A stretch of DNA of 64,000 nt from contig DASVCS010000015.1 of the NCBI GenBank assembly GCA_036381495.1, positions 5,687-69,686 on the forward strand, written 5' to 3'. Positions 25,365-34,348 of this stretch are shown here, in pieces; the first letter of the stretch is position 1; every line of letters starts with the position of its first letter. The translations under genes were made by a program, and so were the position numbers. Under the pieces are notes generated by a model. That model worked only from the letters and a program-made list of their open reading frames with translations, ran no database searches and was not told the origin of the DNA. Source of the stretch: Longimicrobiales bacterium. GTDB taxonomy: Bacteria > Gemmatimonadota > Gemmatimonadetes > Longimicrobiales > RSA9.

Positions 25365-27203
25365 ATGGGCAAGGGGGTCGGGAGGACGGGGTTTGCGGCG
25401 GTGGTGGTCGGCGTTCTCCTCGGGCTGGCGGCGCCGGTCCGGGGGCAGGAGGCGACGGTGATCCGGGGGGTGCGCGTCTTCGACGGGGCGCGTGTGATCC
25501 CCTCGGCGACCGTGGTGATCCGCGGCGGTCGGATCGCGGCGGTCGGGCCCGGCGTGGACGTCCCGCCGGATGCGGAGGTCGTGGAGGGGGCGGGGCGGAC
25601 GCTGCTGCCGGGGCTGATCGATGCGCACACGCACACCTTCGCGCCGCAGATGCTCGAGGCGGCGCTCGCGTTCGGCGTGACGGCGCAACTGGACATGTTC
25701 ACGCCCCCGGCGCTGGCGGCGCGGTGGCGAGCGGAGCAGGAGGCGGGGGGCGCGGACACGCGAGCCGACCTCTTCTCCGCGGGGATCGTGGCGACGGCGC
25801 CGGGCGGCCACGGCACCGAGTACGGCTTTCCGATCCCGACGATCGCCGCGCCGGAGGCGGCGCAGGCGTTCGTGGATGCCCGCATCGCCGAGGGCTCGGA
25901 CTACATCAAGATCATCTACGATGACGGCGCGGCCTACGGCGTCCAGTTCCCGACGCTCGACGTGGCGACGCTGCGCGCGGTCGTCGCGGCCGCGCACGCG
26001 CGCGGCAAGCTGGCGGTCGTGCACATCGCGACGCTGCGGGATGCACGCGAGGCGGTGGTGGCCGGTGCGGACGGGCTCGCGCACCTGTGGGTCGACAGCG
26101 TCCCGGGTGATGCCCTGATCCGCGAGATGAGGGCACGCGACGTCTTCGTGATCCCGACGCTGACCGTGCTCGAGAGCGTGACCGGCCGGGCGAGCGGCGC
26201 GGCGCTGGTGGATGATGCGCGCATGGCGCCGTTTCTCGGGCCCGAGCAGCGCCAGCAGCTGATGCAGCACTTCCCCCGCAATCCCGCGGCGCCCGCGTCC
26301 TTCGATGCCGCGCGGGAATCGCTCGCCCGTCTGGCGGAGGCCGGCGTGCGCATCCTCGCCGGCACGGACGCGCCGAATCCGGGCACGACGCACGGCGCCA
26401 GCATCCACCGCGAGCTGGAGCTGCTGGTCGCGGCGGGGCTCCCGCCGGTCGAGGCGTTGCGTGCAGCCACCGCCGCGCCGGCCGCCGCGTTCGGCCTCGA
26501 AGAGCGCGGGCGAATCGCGCCCGGACGGCGCGCCGACCTGCTGCTCGTCGAGGGCGACCCGACCACCGACATCACCGCGACCCGCGCCATCGTCCGGATC
26601 TGGAAGGCGGGACGCGCGTTCGACCGCGAGGGCTACCGCCATCGGGCCGCGAGCCGTCCGGCGACCGCCGCGCGCGAGGCCTCGGCGCCCGCTGCGATCC
26701 AGCCGGGCGGCGCCATCATCGGCGCCTTCGATCACGGGGCCCTCGACGCCCCACTGGGCAGGGGCTGGGTCGAGACGACCGATGCGCTCATGGGCGGCCG
26801 GTCCACCGCCGTCCTCGACGTGGTCGCCGGCGGCGCCGCCGGGACCTCCCACGCGCTGCGCATCACGGGCGAGATCGCCGCCGGGCTCCCCTTCGCGTGG
26901 GGCGGCGCCATGTTCGTCCCCGGCGAGCGCCCCATGGCGCCCGTCGACCTCTCGGCCGTACGCGGACTCCGCTTCCACGCACGCGGCGACGGCGGGCGCT
27001 ACCGCGTCCTCCTCTTCACCCGCAAGGGCGGCCAGGCGCCCGCGGTCCGGAGCTTCACCGCCGACTCGACATGGCGGGAGTACGCCTTCGCCTGGTCGGA
27101 CTTCAACGGCAGCGACGGTTCCGACGTGATGGCCATCGCCATCGTCGGCGGACCGACACCCGGCCCGTACACCCTCTGGATCGACCAGGTCACGCTGCAC
27201 TGA
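25365..27203 (+). CDS. Secreted amidohydrolase-family enzyme with a C-terminal CIA30/carbohydrate-binding-like domain
   Basis: ORF 25359..27203(+). The ATG at 25365 is preceded by GGAGGGG. Signal GFAAVVVGVLLGLAAPVRGQ. The metal motif is LLPGLIDAHTHTF. The C-terminal roughly 170 aa (WVETTDALMGGRSTAVLDVV...YTLWIDQVTLH) resemble CIA30-type domains. Confidence 0.75.
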   Translation: MGKGVGRTGFAAVVVGVLLGLAAPVRGQEATVIRGVRVFDGARVIPSATVVIRGGRIAAVGPGVDVPPDAEVVEGAGRTLLPGLIDAHTHTFAPQMLEAALAFGVTAQLDMFTPPALAARWRAEQEAGGADTRADLFSAGIVATAPGGHGTEYGFPIPTIAAPEAAQAFVDARIAEGSDYIKIIYDDGAAYGVQFPTLDVATLRAVVAAAHARGKLAVVHIATLRDAREAVVAGADGLAHLWVDSVPGDALIREMRARDVFVIPTLTVLESVTGRASGAALVDDARMAPFLGPEQRQQLMQHFPRNPAAPASFDAARESLARLAEAGVRILAGTDAPNPGTTHGASIHRELELLVAAGLPPVEALRAATAAPAAAFGLEERGRIAPGRRADLLLVEGDPTTDITATRAIVRIWKAGRAFDREGYRHRAASRPATAAREASAPAAIQPGGAIIGAFDHGALDAPLGRGWVETTDALMGGRSTAVLDVVAGGAAGTSHALRITGEIAAGLPFAWGGAMFVPGERPMAPVDLSAVRGLRFHARGDGGRYRVLLFTRKGGQAPAVRSFTADSTWREYAFAWSDFNGSDGSDVMAIAIVGGPTPGPYTLWIDQVTLH

Positions 27204-27333
27204 TCCACACGCCGCACCCGGGACGGGACTGGCGGACCACGTTCCGCGCGAACCAGAGCGGTTCCTGCGCAGGATCATGGCGGATCCGCTGCCGCACCCG
27301 CCCAACCATCTCCCGGGCAGCGGCCGTGAGGTC

Positions 27334-27429
27334 TAGAGCGGTTGGCCCGCGGGTTCGGAGCCGCGTGGCCGCTCGCCGCGTTCGTACCGCGGGCGCGTGC
27401 GAATCCGAAGCGACGCGACAACCCCTCTC
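27334..27429 (+). repeat. Repeat family B, ~95-bp quasi-palindromic MITE-like element (copy E1)
   Basis: Left arm TAGAGCGGTTG-GCCCGCGGGT-TCGGAG. The right arm, reverse-complemented, is GAGAGGGGTTG-TCGCGTCGCT-TCGGAT. It is about 80% identical over its length to 54659-54752. Confidence 0.75.
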
Positions 27430-27546
27430 GCGCGTCGTGCCCCGGCACCCGGCTCCCCGCCCTCCCCCGGACGCGGCGCAAGGTCCTGCACGAGCTGATC
27501 CGGCACACCACTCCGGCCCCTGCTCCCCACCCTCCCATCGACACTC

Positions 27547-27588
27547 TTGACATCTAGTTTCTACACTCGTAATACTACGGCCGTAGAA
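27547..27588 (+). promoter_or_regulatory. Promoter plus candidate BlaI operator upstream of blaI-like gene 1
   Basis: TTGACA (27547-27552), a 17-nt spacer, then TAATAC (27570-27575). The palindrome CTACGGCCGTAG is at 27575-27586, within TACTAC-GGCC-GTAGAA. An extra TTCTAC half-site is at 27559. Confidence 0.5.
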
Positions 27589-27694
27589 CATGAGGCGACC
27601 GACGGCGGTTCGGGGTTGCCGGCAGACCGGCGAGCGAAGTGGCGTGGGGGCGAGGGGAGACGCCGCCCGTGCGGCAAGTGGAAGGATGGTACGG

Positions 27695-28093
27695 ATGAGC
27701 TATTCGTTGACGGAGCTCCAGCTCGCGCTGATGCGGGTGTTGTGGGAGCGAGGGGAGGCGACGGTGGTGGCGGTGCAGGAGGCGCTGGAGCCGGAGCGGC
27801 GGCTGGCGCAGTCGACGGTGGCGACGCTGCTGTCGCGGCTGGAGAAGCGGGGGCTGGTGACGCATCGGACGGAGAGCCGGCAGTACGTGTACCGGGCGCT
27901 GGTCACGGAGCAGGAGGTACGCCGGTCGATGGTGAGGGCGTTCGCGGAGTTGGCGGACGATCTGTTCCGCGGGGACGTCGCCGCGCTGGTGAGCCATCTG
28001 CTCACGGCGCAGGAGGTGGCGCCGGCGGATCTGGCGCGGGTGAAGGCGCTGATCGAGGCGAAGGAGCGGGAGCTGAACCGGAGGAGGTCATGA
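27695..28093 (+). CDS. BlaI/MecI/CopY-family transcriptional repressor (module 1)
   Basis: ORF 27590..28093(+), trimmed to the ATG at 27695 (GGAAGGA upstream). MSYSLTELQLALMRVLWERGEATVVAVQEALEPERRLAQSTVATLLSRLEKRGLV. The stop overlaps the ATG of the M56 gene (ATGA). Confidence 0.85.
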   Translation: MSYSLTELQLALMRVLWERGEATVVAVQEALEPERRLAQSTVATLLSRLEKRGLVTHRTESRQYVYRALVTEQEVRRSMVRAFAELADDLFRGDVAALVSHLLTAQEVAPADLARVKALIEAKERELNRRRS

Positions 28094-30880
28094 TGGCGGG
28101 GATCGGATCGGCCGGGAGCGTGTTCGTGGGGGGTGTGGCGGGGTGGCTGGCGACGTACGCGGTGCACAGCGCGATCCTGCTGGGCGGAGCGGCGTTGGTG
28201 ACGCGCCGGCTGGTGCGCGCGGATGCGTGGCGCGAGGTGATCTGGAAGACGGCGCTGCTCGGGGGTCTCGCGACGGCGACGTTGCAGGCGGGGCTGGACT
28301 TCCGGCCGCTGAGCGGAGAGTGGCGGTTCCCCGTCGGCCGGGTGCGCGTCGCCGGCGCCGCGCCGGCTGCGGCCGACCGGACGGCGCGAGGCGTGGAGGA
28401 CGGCACGCCGGCCGCGGCGCCCCAGGCGAGCCCGGGGGTGCGATCCGACGCCGGGCGCAACACCGCCGGCCGCACGGACTTGCGCGGTACGGGATCCGTC
28501 GCGCAGGCCGGAGCGCGCCGGCAGGCGGGGATCGGGACGGCCCCATCGACCGTCCAGACCGGCGGGAACACCCGGGCTCGCGACGGCGGGGAGGGAATGA
28601 CCAGCGGGCGCGCCACGTCCCCGTGGCTCATGGCGCTGCTGGCGCTCTGGTCGGCCGGGGCGGTGCTCTTCCTCGCGCGGCTGGCGCGCCATCATCTCCG
28701 GCTCCTGCGGCTGCTGCGGGACCGCGCACAGGTAACGGATGGGGCCATCCTCTCGCTCCTCGCCACCCTCCGGCGGAACGCCGGCGTCTGGCGGCCGGTG
28801 CGGCTCACGGTAGCCGCGACGTGTCCGACCCCGCTCGCGCTCGGTACCCGCGAGATCTGCGTGCCCGAGCCGTTCCTCTCGCGCCTCGACCGCGACCAGC
28901 AGCGGAGCACGCTCGCCCACGAACTGGCGCACCTGGCGCGCCGGGACCCGGCATGGCACCTGACCGCCGGGATCATCGAGGCCATCTTCTTCTTCCAGCC
29001 GCTCAACCGGCTCGCACGGCGCCGGCTGCGTGAGGCCGCCGAGAACCTGTGCGACGACTGGGCCGTGCAGCAGACCGGTTCGGCGCTCGGCCTGGCCCGC
29101 TCGCTGGCGGAGGTCGCCTCGTGGGTCGTGCCGGGCGCGGAGCCGGTCCCGTCCGGAACCATGGCCATGGCGGAAGGGGGCTCCCCCCTGCTCCGGCGGG
29201 TCGAGCGGCTCCTCGCGGAGCGGGAGGGCGCGGCTCCTCGCGGAGCGGGAGGGCGCGGCGCCGCGCGGGGTGCGGCGCGCCGCGGCGGCCGCTGTGGGGT
29301 TGCTCGCCGTCGTCGCCGTGGTGGCGCCGGGGGTGTCGGCGACGGGTGGTGGGTCGGAGCCGTCGCGCGCGGCGCCGGTGGGACCGGACTCGCGGCCGTT
29401 GGCGAATGCGAGCGCGAGCGCGCAGGATCCGGTGATCCGTCACCCGGCGCCGGAGGAGCCGCTGGAGCGGCGGTGGGGGTGGGCGGAGGCGGAGGCGCAG
29501 CGTCGCGGGGATTCGGCGTACTGGGTGGCGTACGCCTTCGAGCGTGCGCTGTCTCCGGACCGGTTGTACGTGGAGGACAGCGAGGGCTGGTCGACGGAGG
29601 AGACGGCCGACGCGCCGCTGGGCCGGCTCGTGTTCGGACCCTCGTACGAGCGGCCCGTGAAGGCGAGCGGCCCGGTGCGGCAGCCGGTGCTGGTGCTCTT
29701 CCGCGTGGCGGCTGCGGGGTCGGACGGGCCGCGGGTGGACCGGGTGTCGGTGCGCGCCGCGTCGCTCGGGATGTCGCTGAGCGGCTTGCCCCTCTACTGG
29801 CTGGGCATGGCCGAGGAGTCGGAGAGCTTCGATTGGCTGCGACGCTGGGTGGACGACCTCGGTGACGAGCGGCTGCGGGGCACGGTGATCGAGGCGATCG
29901 CGATGCATGAGGATGCGGGACGCGTCGTGCCGTTCCTCGCGGATGTCGTGCGGAGCGAGCGGCCGGACGGCGTGCGTGAGGAGGCGGTCGAGGGGCTGGC
30001 CTGGCATGCGACGGAGGGTTCCGTGGCTTTGCTGCGGGCGACGGCGCTCGAGGACCGGTCGGTCCGCATCCGTGAGGAGGCGGCGGAGACGCTCGGCGAG
30101 TTGGGGACGCCGGAGGCATCGGCGGCGCTTACGGAGGTGGTGCGCTCGAGGACGCCGGAAGAGGTGCGTGTCGAGGCGGTCGAGGCGATGGCCGGGTGGT
30201 CCGCGCCCGAGGTACTCGAGACGCTGGTACGCCTTGCGTTCGAGGATCCGAACGCGGAGATCCAGGAGGAAGCGATCGAGACGATCGCCGAGTTTCCGGC
30301 GGCATCCGCCGTTCCGGCGCTCGAGCGTATTGCGCACGAGCATCCTTCGATCGGCATCCGACGGGAGGCGGTCGAGCAGTTGGGCGAGCTGGATCCGGCG
30401 GCGGCGGCGGAGGTGATCGAGGCGCTGTTGCGTGAGGATACGCCCGCCGAGTTGCGGGAGGAGGCCATCGACGCGCTGGCGGAGCGGGCGTCGCCACGCG
30501 CGCTCGAGGCCATCGTCGCCGTGGCGATGTCGGACCCGAGCCCGGAGTTGCAGGAGGAGGCGGTCGAGAAGCTGGCGGAGTTCGCGCCGGCGGATGCGCT
30601 GCCGCACCTCGAGCAGATCATCTGGGAGCATCCGTCGGCGTCCGTGCGCCGGGAGGCCGTCGAGACACTGGCCGAGTTCCCGGCGCAACTGGCGCTTCCG
30701 ATCCTGGACGAGGTGGTGGCCCGAAGCACGGAAGGCGCGCTGCTCGAGGAGGCGGTGCAGGCCATTGCGGAGTTCCCGGCCGACCTGAGCGTGCCGCGGC
30801 TCCTGAAGATCGTGCGGGAGCACCCGCGGGCGGAGGCACGGCGCGAGGCGCTGGACCAGCTCGGCGACAGGATCGGGTGA
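28090..30880 (+). pseudogene. BlaR1-like M56 peptidase sensor with a C-terminal HEAT-repeat domain, frameshifted by a 25-bp tandem duplication
   Basis: The frame from ATG 28090 carries the M56 motif (LAHELAHLARRD) and reads ...SPLLRRVERLLAEREGAAPRG before becoming Gly/Arg junk to 29865. The frame of ORF 29030..30880 reads ...LLAEREGAAPRGVRRAAAAAVGLLAVVAVV (a TM segment), then about 10 HEAT-like repeats (VREEAVEGL, IREEAAETLGEL, VRVEAVEAM, IQEEAIETI, IRREAVEQLGEL...). Removing one 25-bp copy gives a single 921-aa ORF. Confidence 0.8.
29206..29255 (+). repeat. Perfect 25-bp tandem duplication (CGGCTCCTCGCGGAGCGGGAGGGCG x2)
   Basis: 29206-29230 equals 29231-29255 base for base. 25 mod 3 = 1, which matches the +1 frame change between the two halves of the BlaR1-like gene. 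Confidence 0.95.
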
Positions 30881-31081
30881 GCGGTTCACGAGGTTCCGCG
30901 CCGGCCGGGTCCCGCCCGGTCCGGCCCAGCGGAACAGGTGTTGCGATCAGGATGTTGGGGCCCGGGGGTCCCCCGCGCTGCTGCGCTGGCCGCACGCGGC
31001 TCCCCCGACGAAGCCGAGAAAGACCCGGGCGGACGCCAGCACGGGCGCGTCCGCTCCGGTCGACGGACACGGAGGACAACC

Positions 31082-31666
31082 ATGGCCCACCCGCTCGTTC
31101 GCAACTGGGGGACCCTCGTCCTCGAAGGACTGGTCGCCATCCTGTTCGGCATCATCTTCCTGGCCGTCCCCTTCGCCAGCCTGCTGGCGCTGACCTATGT
31201 CTTCGGCGCGTTCGCGATCGTCGACGGCGTCCTCGCACTGGTCTCGATGTTCTCGCCCGAACGGAGCGGATCCCGCTGGGCGCTCGCGATCTACGGCATC
31301 GCCGGCATCATCATCGGGATCCTCGCGTTCGTGGTGCCCAGGATCACGATCATGGCCTTCGTCTACCTGCTGGCGGCCTGGGCGTTCATCATCGGGATTC
31401 TGCGGATCATCTCGGCGATCGCACTGCGCAGGGAGATCCGCGGCGAATGGGTCCAGATCCTCGCCGGGATCGTGGCCGTCGCCTTCGGCCTCTACCTGCT
31501 CTTCGCTCCGAGCCGCCTGATCGCGCTCGTGCTCGCGATCGGCGTCTACGCGATCATCAAGGGCGTGCTCCTCGTCATCAGCGGCATCCAGCTCCGGCAC
31601 CACGTCGAGGAGATGCGCCGCCGCGCCGGACCGGGACCGACCTTGCAAGGACGCGCCGCGGCTTGA
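31082..31666 (+). CDS. HdeD/DUF308-family membrane protein
   Basis: ORF 30938..31666(+), ATG at 31082. MAHPLVRNWGTLVLEGLVAILFGIIFLAVP..., with repeated DUF308-type helix pairs. Confidence 0.75.
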   Translation: MAHPLVRNWGTLVLEGLVAILFGIIFLAVPFASLLALTYVFGAFAIVDGVLALVSMFSPERSGSRWALAIYGIAGIIIGILAFVVPRITIMAFVYLLAAWAFIIGILRIISAIALRREIRGEWVQILAGIVAVAFGLYLLFAPSRLIALVLAIGVYAIIKGVLLVISGIQLRHHVEEMRRRAGPGPTLQGRAAA

Positions 31667-31859
31667 TCCCGGGGCCTCCCGGACCCGGTGTGAGCGACGC
31701 CGGGACCGCGAGGCCCTTGTGCAAGCGCCCCGGTCCAGTGTAACGTGCCTCCCCCGGGTGGGCCCCGACCGGCGGAACGCGACGGCATCGCGCCGATGCC
31801 ACGAGGGCGGCGAACCGGACGCATGCCCACCATACACCCCATCAATCGAGTCAAACGGC

Positions 31860-32570
31860 TTGAGCACGAACGCGCCGTCGGACAATGCGGTCGATCGCGC
31901 CGGACACGCATACCGGCGCCTCCGTGATCTCATCCTCCACGGCCGCCTCGGCCCCGGCTTCCGCCTCACCGAGATCGAGGTCGCGCGCCGCCTCGGCATG
32001 AGCCGAACGCCCGTCCGCAGCGCGCTGCAACGACTCCAACAGGAGGGATACGTCCTCACCATCGCCGGTGGCCGGCAGAGCCGGACCGTGGTGGCCCCGC
32101 TCACCCGCGATGATGCCCGCGAGCTCTTCGGCATCGTCGGTGAGCTCGAAGGACTCGCGGGCGCGATGGCGGCGCGACTTCCGGATCGAGTGCGGCTCCC
32201 GCTGGTGCGCGAAATGGAACGCCTCACCGCGGAATTGCTCGCGATCTCCCGCGCGCCCGCCCCCGATCCCAACCGCCGCTTCGAGAACGACACCGAATTC
32301 CACGCCCTGTACGTGAACGCCGCCGCCGGCCCCCGCCTCCGCGCTCTGCACGCCGCTGTCAGGCCGCAGGCCGAACGCTACGTCCGCCTCTACATCAGCC
32401 TGCTCGTCGACGCGATGGGGACCTCCCACGACGAACACGCGGCGATCACCGCCGCCATCGCGGCGGCCGACCCCGACGCCGCCCAGCAGTCCGTTCGCAT
32501 GAACTGGATCAACGCCGCCGAACGACTCTGCGCCGTAATGTCCGAGCAGGGCGAGCGCGGAATCTGGTAG
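31860..32570 (+). CDS. GntR-family (FadR/FCD-type) transcriptional regulator
   Basis: ORF 31719..32570(+). The wHTH is AYRRLRDLILHGRLGPGFRLTEIEVARRLGMSRTPVRSALQRLQQEGYV, followed by an FCD-like helical domain. The start is uncertain: TTG 31860 is proposed, and the listed GTG 31719 adds 47 atypical residues. Confidence 0.7.
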   Translation: MSTNAPSDNAVDRAGHAYRRLRDLILHGRLGPGFRLTEIEVARRLGMSRTPVRSALQRLQQEGYVLTIAGGRQSRTVVAPLTRDDARELFGIVGELEGLAGAMAARLPDRVRLPLVREMERLTAELLAISRAPAPDPNRRFENDTEFHALYVNAAAGPRLRALHAAVRPQAERYVRLYISLLVDAMGTSHDEHAAITAAIAAADPDAAQQSVRMNWINAAERLCAVMSEQGERGIW

Positions 32571-33050
32571 GATCCGCGCGGCCACACCCGCCGTACATGC
32601 ACCCGTCCAGCTCGACCGTGACCGTTGCGGGGAACGGTTGACCGCTCATCACATCGCGACACGGCCGCACATCGATCACCACCGCGACGCGGTGGGCGTC
32701 CGTCTCGATTCAGTAGACCGTCCGGCCCGCGGCGACGGTCGTCCGGGTTCCTGCGTGTGGTCAGTGCGGCGTCGCGGCGCCCACGTCTCCGAATCTCATA
32801 TTTCCGCTTGACATTCTGTTGTTCTCGTCGCAGATTGCCGAAAAAAGCAAGGGTTCCCGTGGATCGGCAGGGTGGTGCCGGTGTGCCGGACGGCACGGCG
32901 GCCGGCGAACGTTCACTCTCCCCGGTGGAGGTCGTCATGATCGCACGCTGTGTTCCGTACGTCGTGGCACGAGCCACGACGGTCACGAAGATGCTGCCTC
33001 GCGGCGTCGCGGATTCGGGAGGCGGAGTGTCGGGGGACGCGAAGGGCGGG

Positions 33051-34274
33051 ATGGGCATACGGTGGCTGTCGCGCCTGGTACCGGTGGCCGTGTGGCTCGG
33101 GCTGGGCGTGGCGTGCGCCGGCGAGCCGGCGGCGCTGGAGTCGCCGGCTGGGGATGGCGCGGTACTGGAAGCGGGTCGGGTGCTGGAGCGAAAGACGCCG
33201 CGCCGGGTCGAGGAGGGCCGGTGGATCTTCCGTTACGACGACTTCGGCGACTGGCGGTTCTGGACGGACACCCTGCGGCTGAACGACCTGGTGGAGCAGG
33301 TGACGCCGCGGACCGCGTTGCAGCTCGGTCTGAAGGTGGATGCGGATGCGATTCCGCCGGAGGTTCTGGATGCGGTGCTGAGCGACCCATCGCTGCTGGA
33401 TGACCGGGCCATCACGCGGGCGTTGCTGCAACTGGATGCCGTGGTCGGCGTGAGCGCTCAAGTCGAGGGCGACCAGATCACGCGGATCGGCATCACGTGT
33501 GCGCTCTGCCATTCGACGGTGGATGATGCGGTCGCGCCGGGGATCGGACATCGGCGGGACGGGTGGCCGAACCGCGACCTGGCGGTCGGAACGGTCGTGT
33601 CGCTGGCGCCGGGACTGCCGGACGAATTGCGGGGGATCTACGGCTCGTGGCCGGCGGGCTTCTTCGATCCCCGGTTCAACCTGGATGGGATCAGCGATCC
33701 GGTGGTGATCCCGCCGGCGTACGGGCTGAAGGGCGTGGGGCTCGAGACGTACACGGGCGAGGGGCCGGTGTCGTACTGGAACGCGTACGTGGCGGTGCTC
33801 GAGATGCACGGTCACGGCTCGTTCTCCGACCCGCGGCTGGGGGTCCGTGTCCGCATCCCGCCGGGTGAGGACGAAGTCCGGTCGAAGCTCGCGGCGCTGC
33901 GGCAGTACCAGCGGACGCTGGAGGCGCCGCGGCCGCCGGAGGGGAGCTACGATGCGGCCGCGGCGGCGCGTGGCCGCGTGGTCTTCCGGACCGTGGCTCG
34001 CTGTTCGACGTGCCACTCGGGACCGAACTTCACGGATGGCGGGAACCTGCACGACGCGGCGGAGACGGGCATGGATCCGGCGTACGCCGCGCGCGGCACG
34101 ACGGGCAAGTACCGGACGACGCCGCTCAGGGGCTTGTGGCAACACCCGCCGTATTTCCATGATGGGAGCGCCGCGACTCTGGCGGAAGTCGTGGATCACT
34201 ACGACCGCGCGCTGGGGCTGGGTCTGACGCCGGACGAGCGGGCGGACCTGATCGAGTACCTGAAGACGCTGTGA
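33051..34274 (+). CDS. Di-haem cytochrome c peroxidase-like lipoprotein
   Basis: ORF 32625..34274(+), trimmed to the ATG at 33051. Signal and lipobox MGIRWLSRLVPVAVWLGLGVACAG. Two CXXCH motifs (CALCHS, CSTCHS). The C-terminal LWQHPPYFHDGSAATLAEVVDHY is typical of the CCP/MauG family. Confidence 0.75.
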   Translation: MGIRWLSRLVPVAVWLGLGVACAGEPAALESPAGDGAVLEAGRVLERKTPRRVEEGRWIFRYDDFGDWRFWTDTLRLNDLVEQVTPRTALQLGLKVDADAIPPEVLDAVLSDPSLLDDRAITRALLQLDAVVGVSAQVEGDQITRIGITCALCHSTVDDAVAPGIGHRRDGWPNRDLAVGTVVSLAPGLPDELRGIYGSWPAGFFDPRFNLDGISDPVVIPPAYGLKGVGLETYTGEGPVSYWNAYVAVLEMHGHGSFSDPRLGVRVRIPPGEDEVRSKLAALRQYQRTLEAPRPPEGSYDAAAAARGRVVFRTVARCSTCHSGPNFTDGGNLHDAAETGMDPAYAARGTTGKYRTTPLRGLWQHPPYFHDGSAATLAEVVDHYDRALGLGLTPDERADLIEYLKTL

Positions 34275-34348
34275 CGGCCGGCATCGCCCGGCCCTGCGAG
34301 GCCGGGCGATGCTGGTCCGACCGGCGAAGACGTTCGAGACGAGGAGGA

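Noticed and set aside
32575-32760. Possible gene fragment on the minus strand (...AAGRTVY*IETDAHRVAVVIDVRPCRDVMSGQPFPATVTVELDGCM).
   Set aside because: It is protein-like by eye but interrupted by a stop or frameshift. It has no recognisable family motif and no start, so there is too little evidence to call it.
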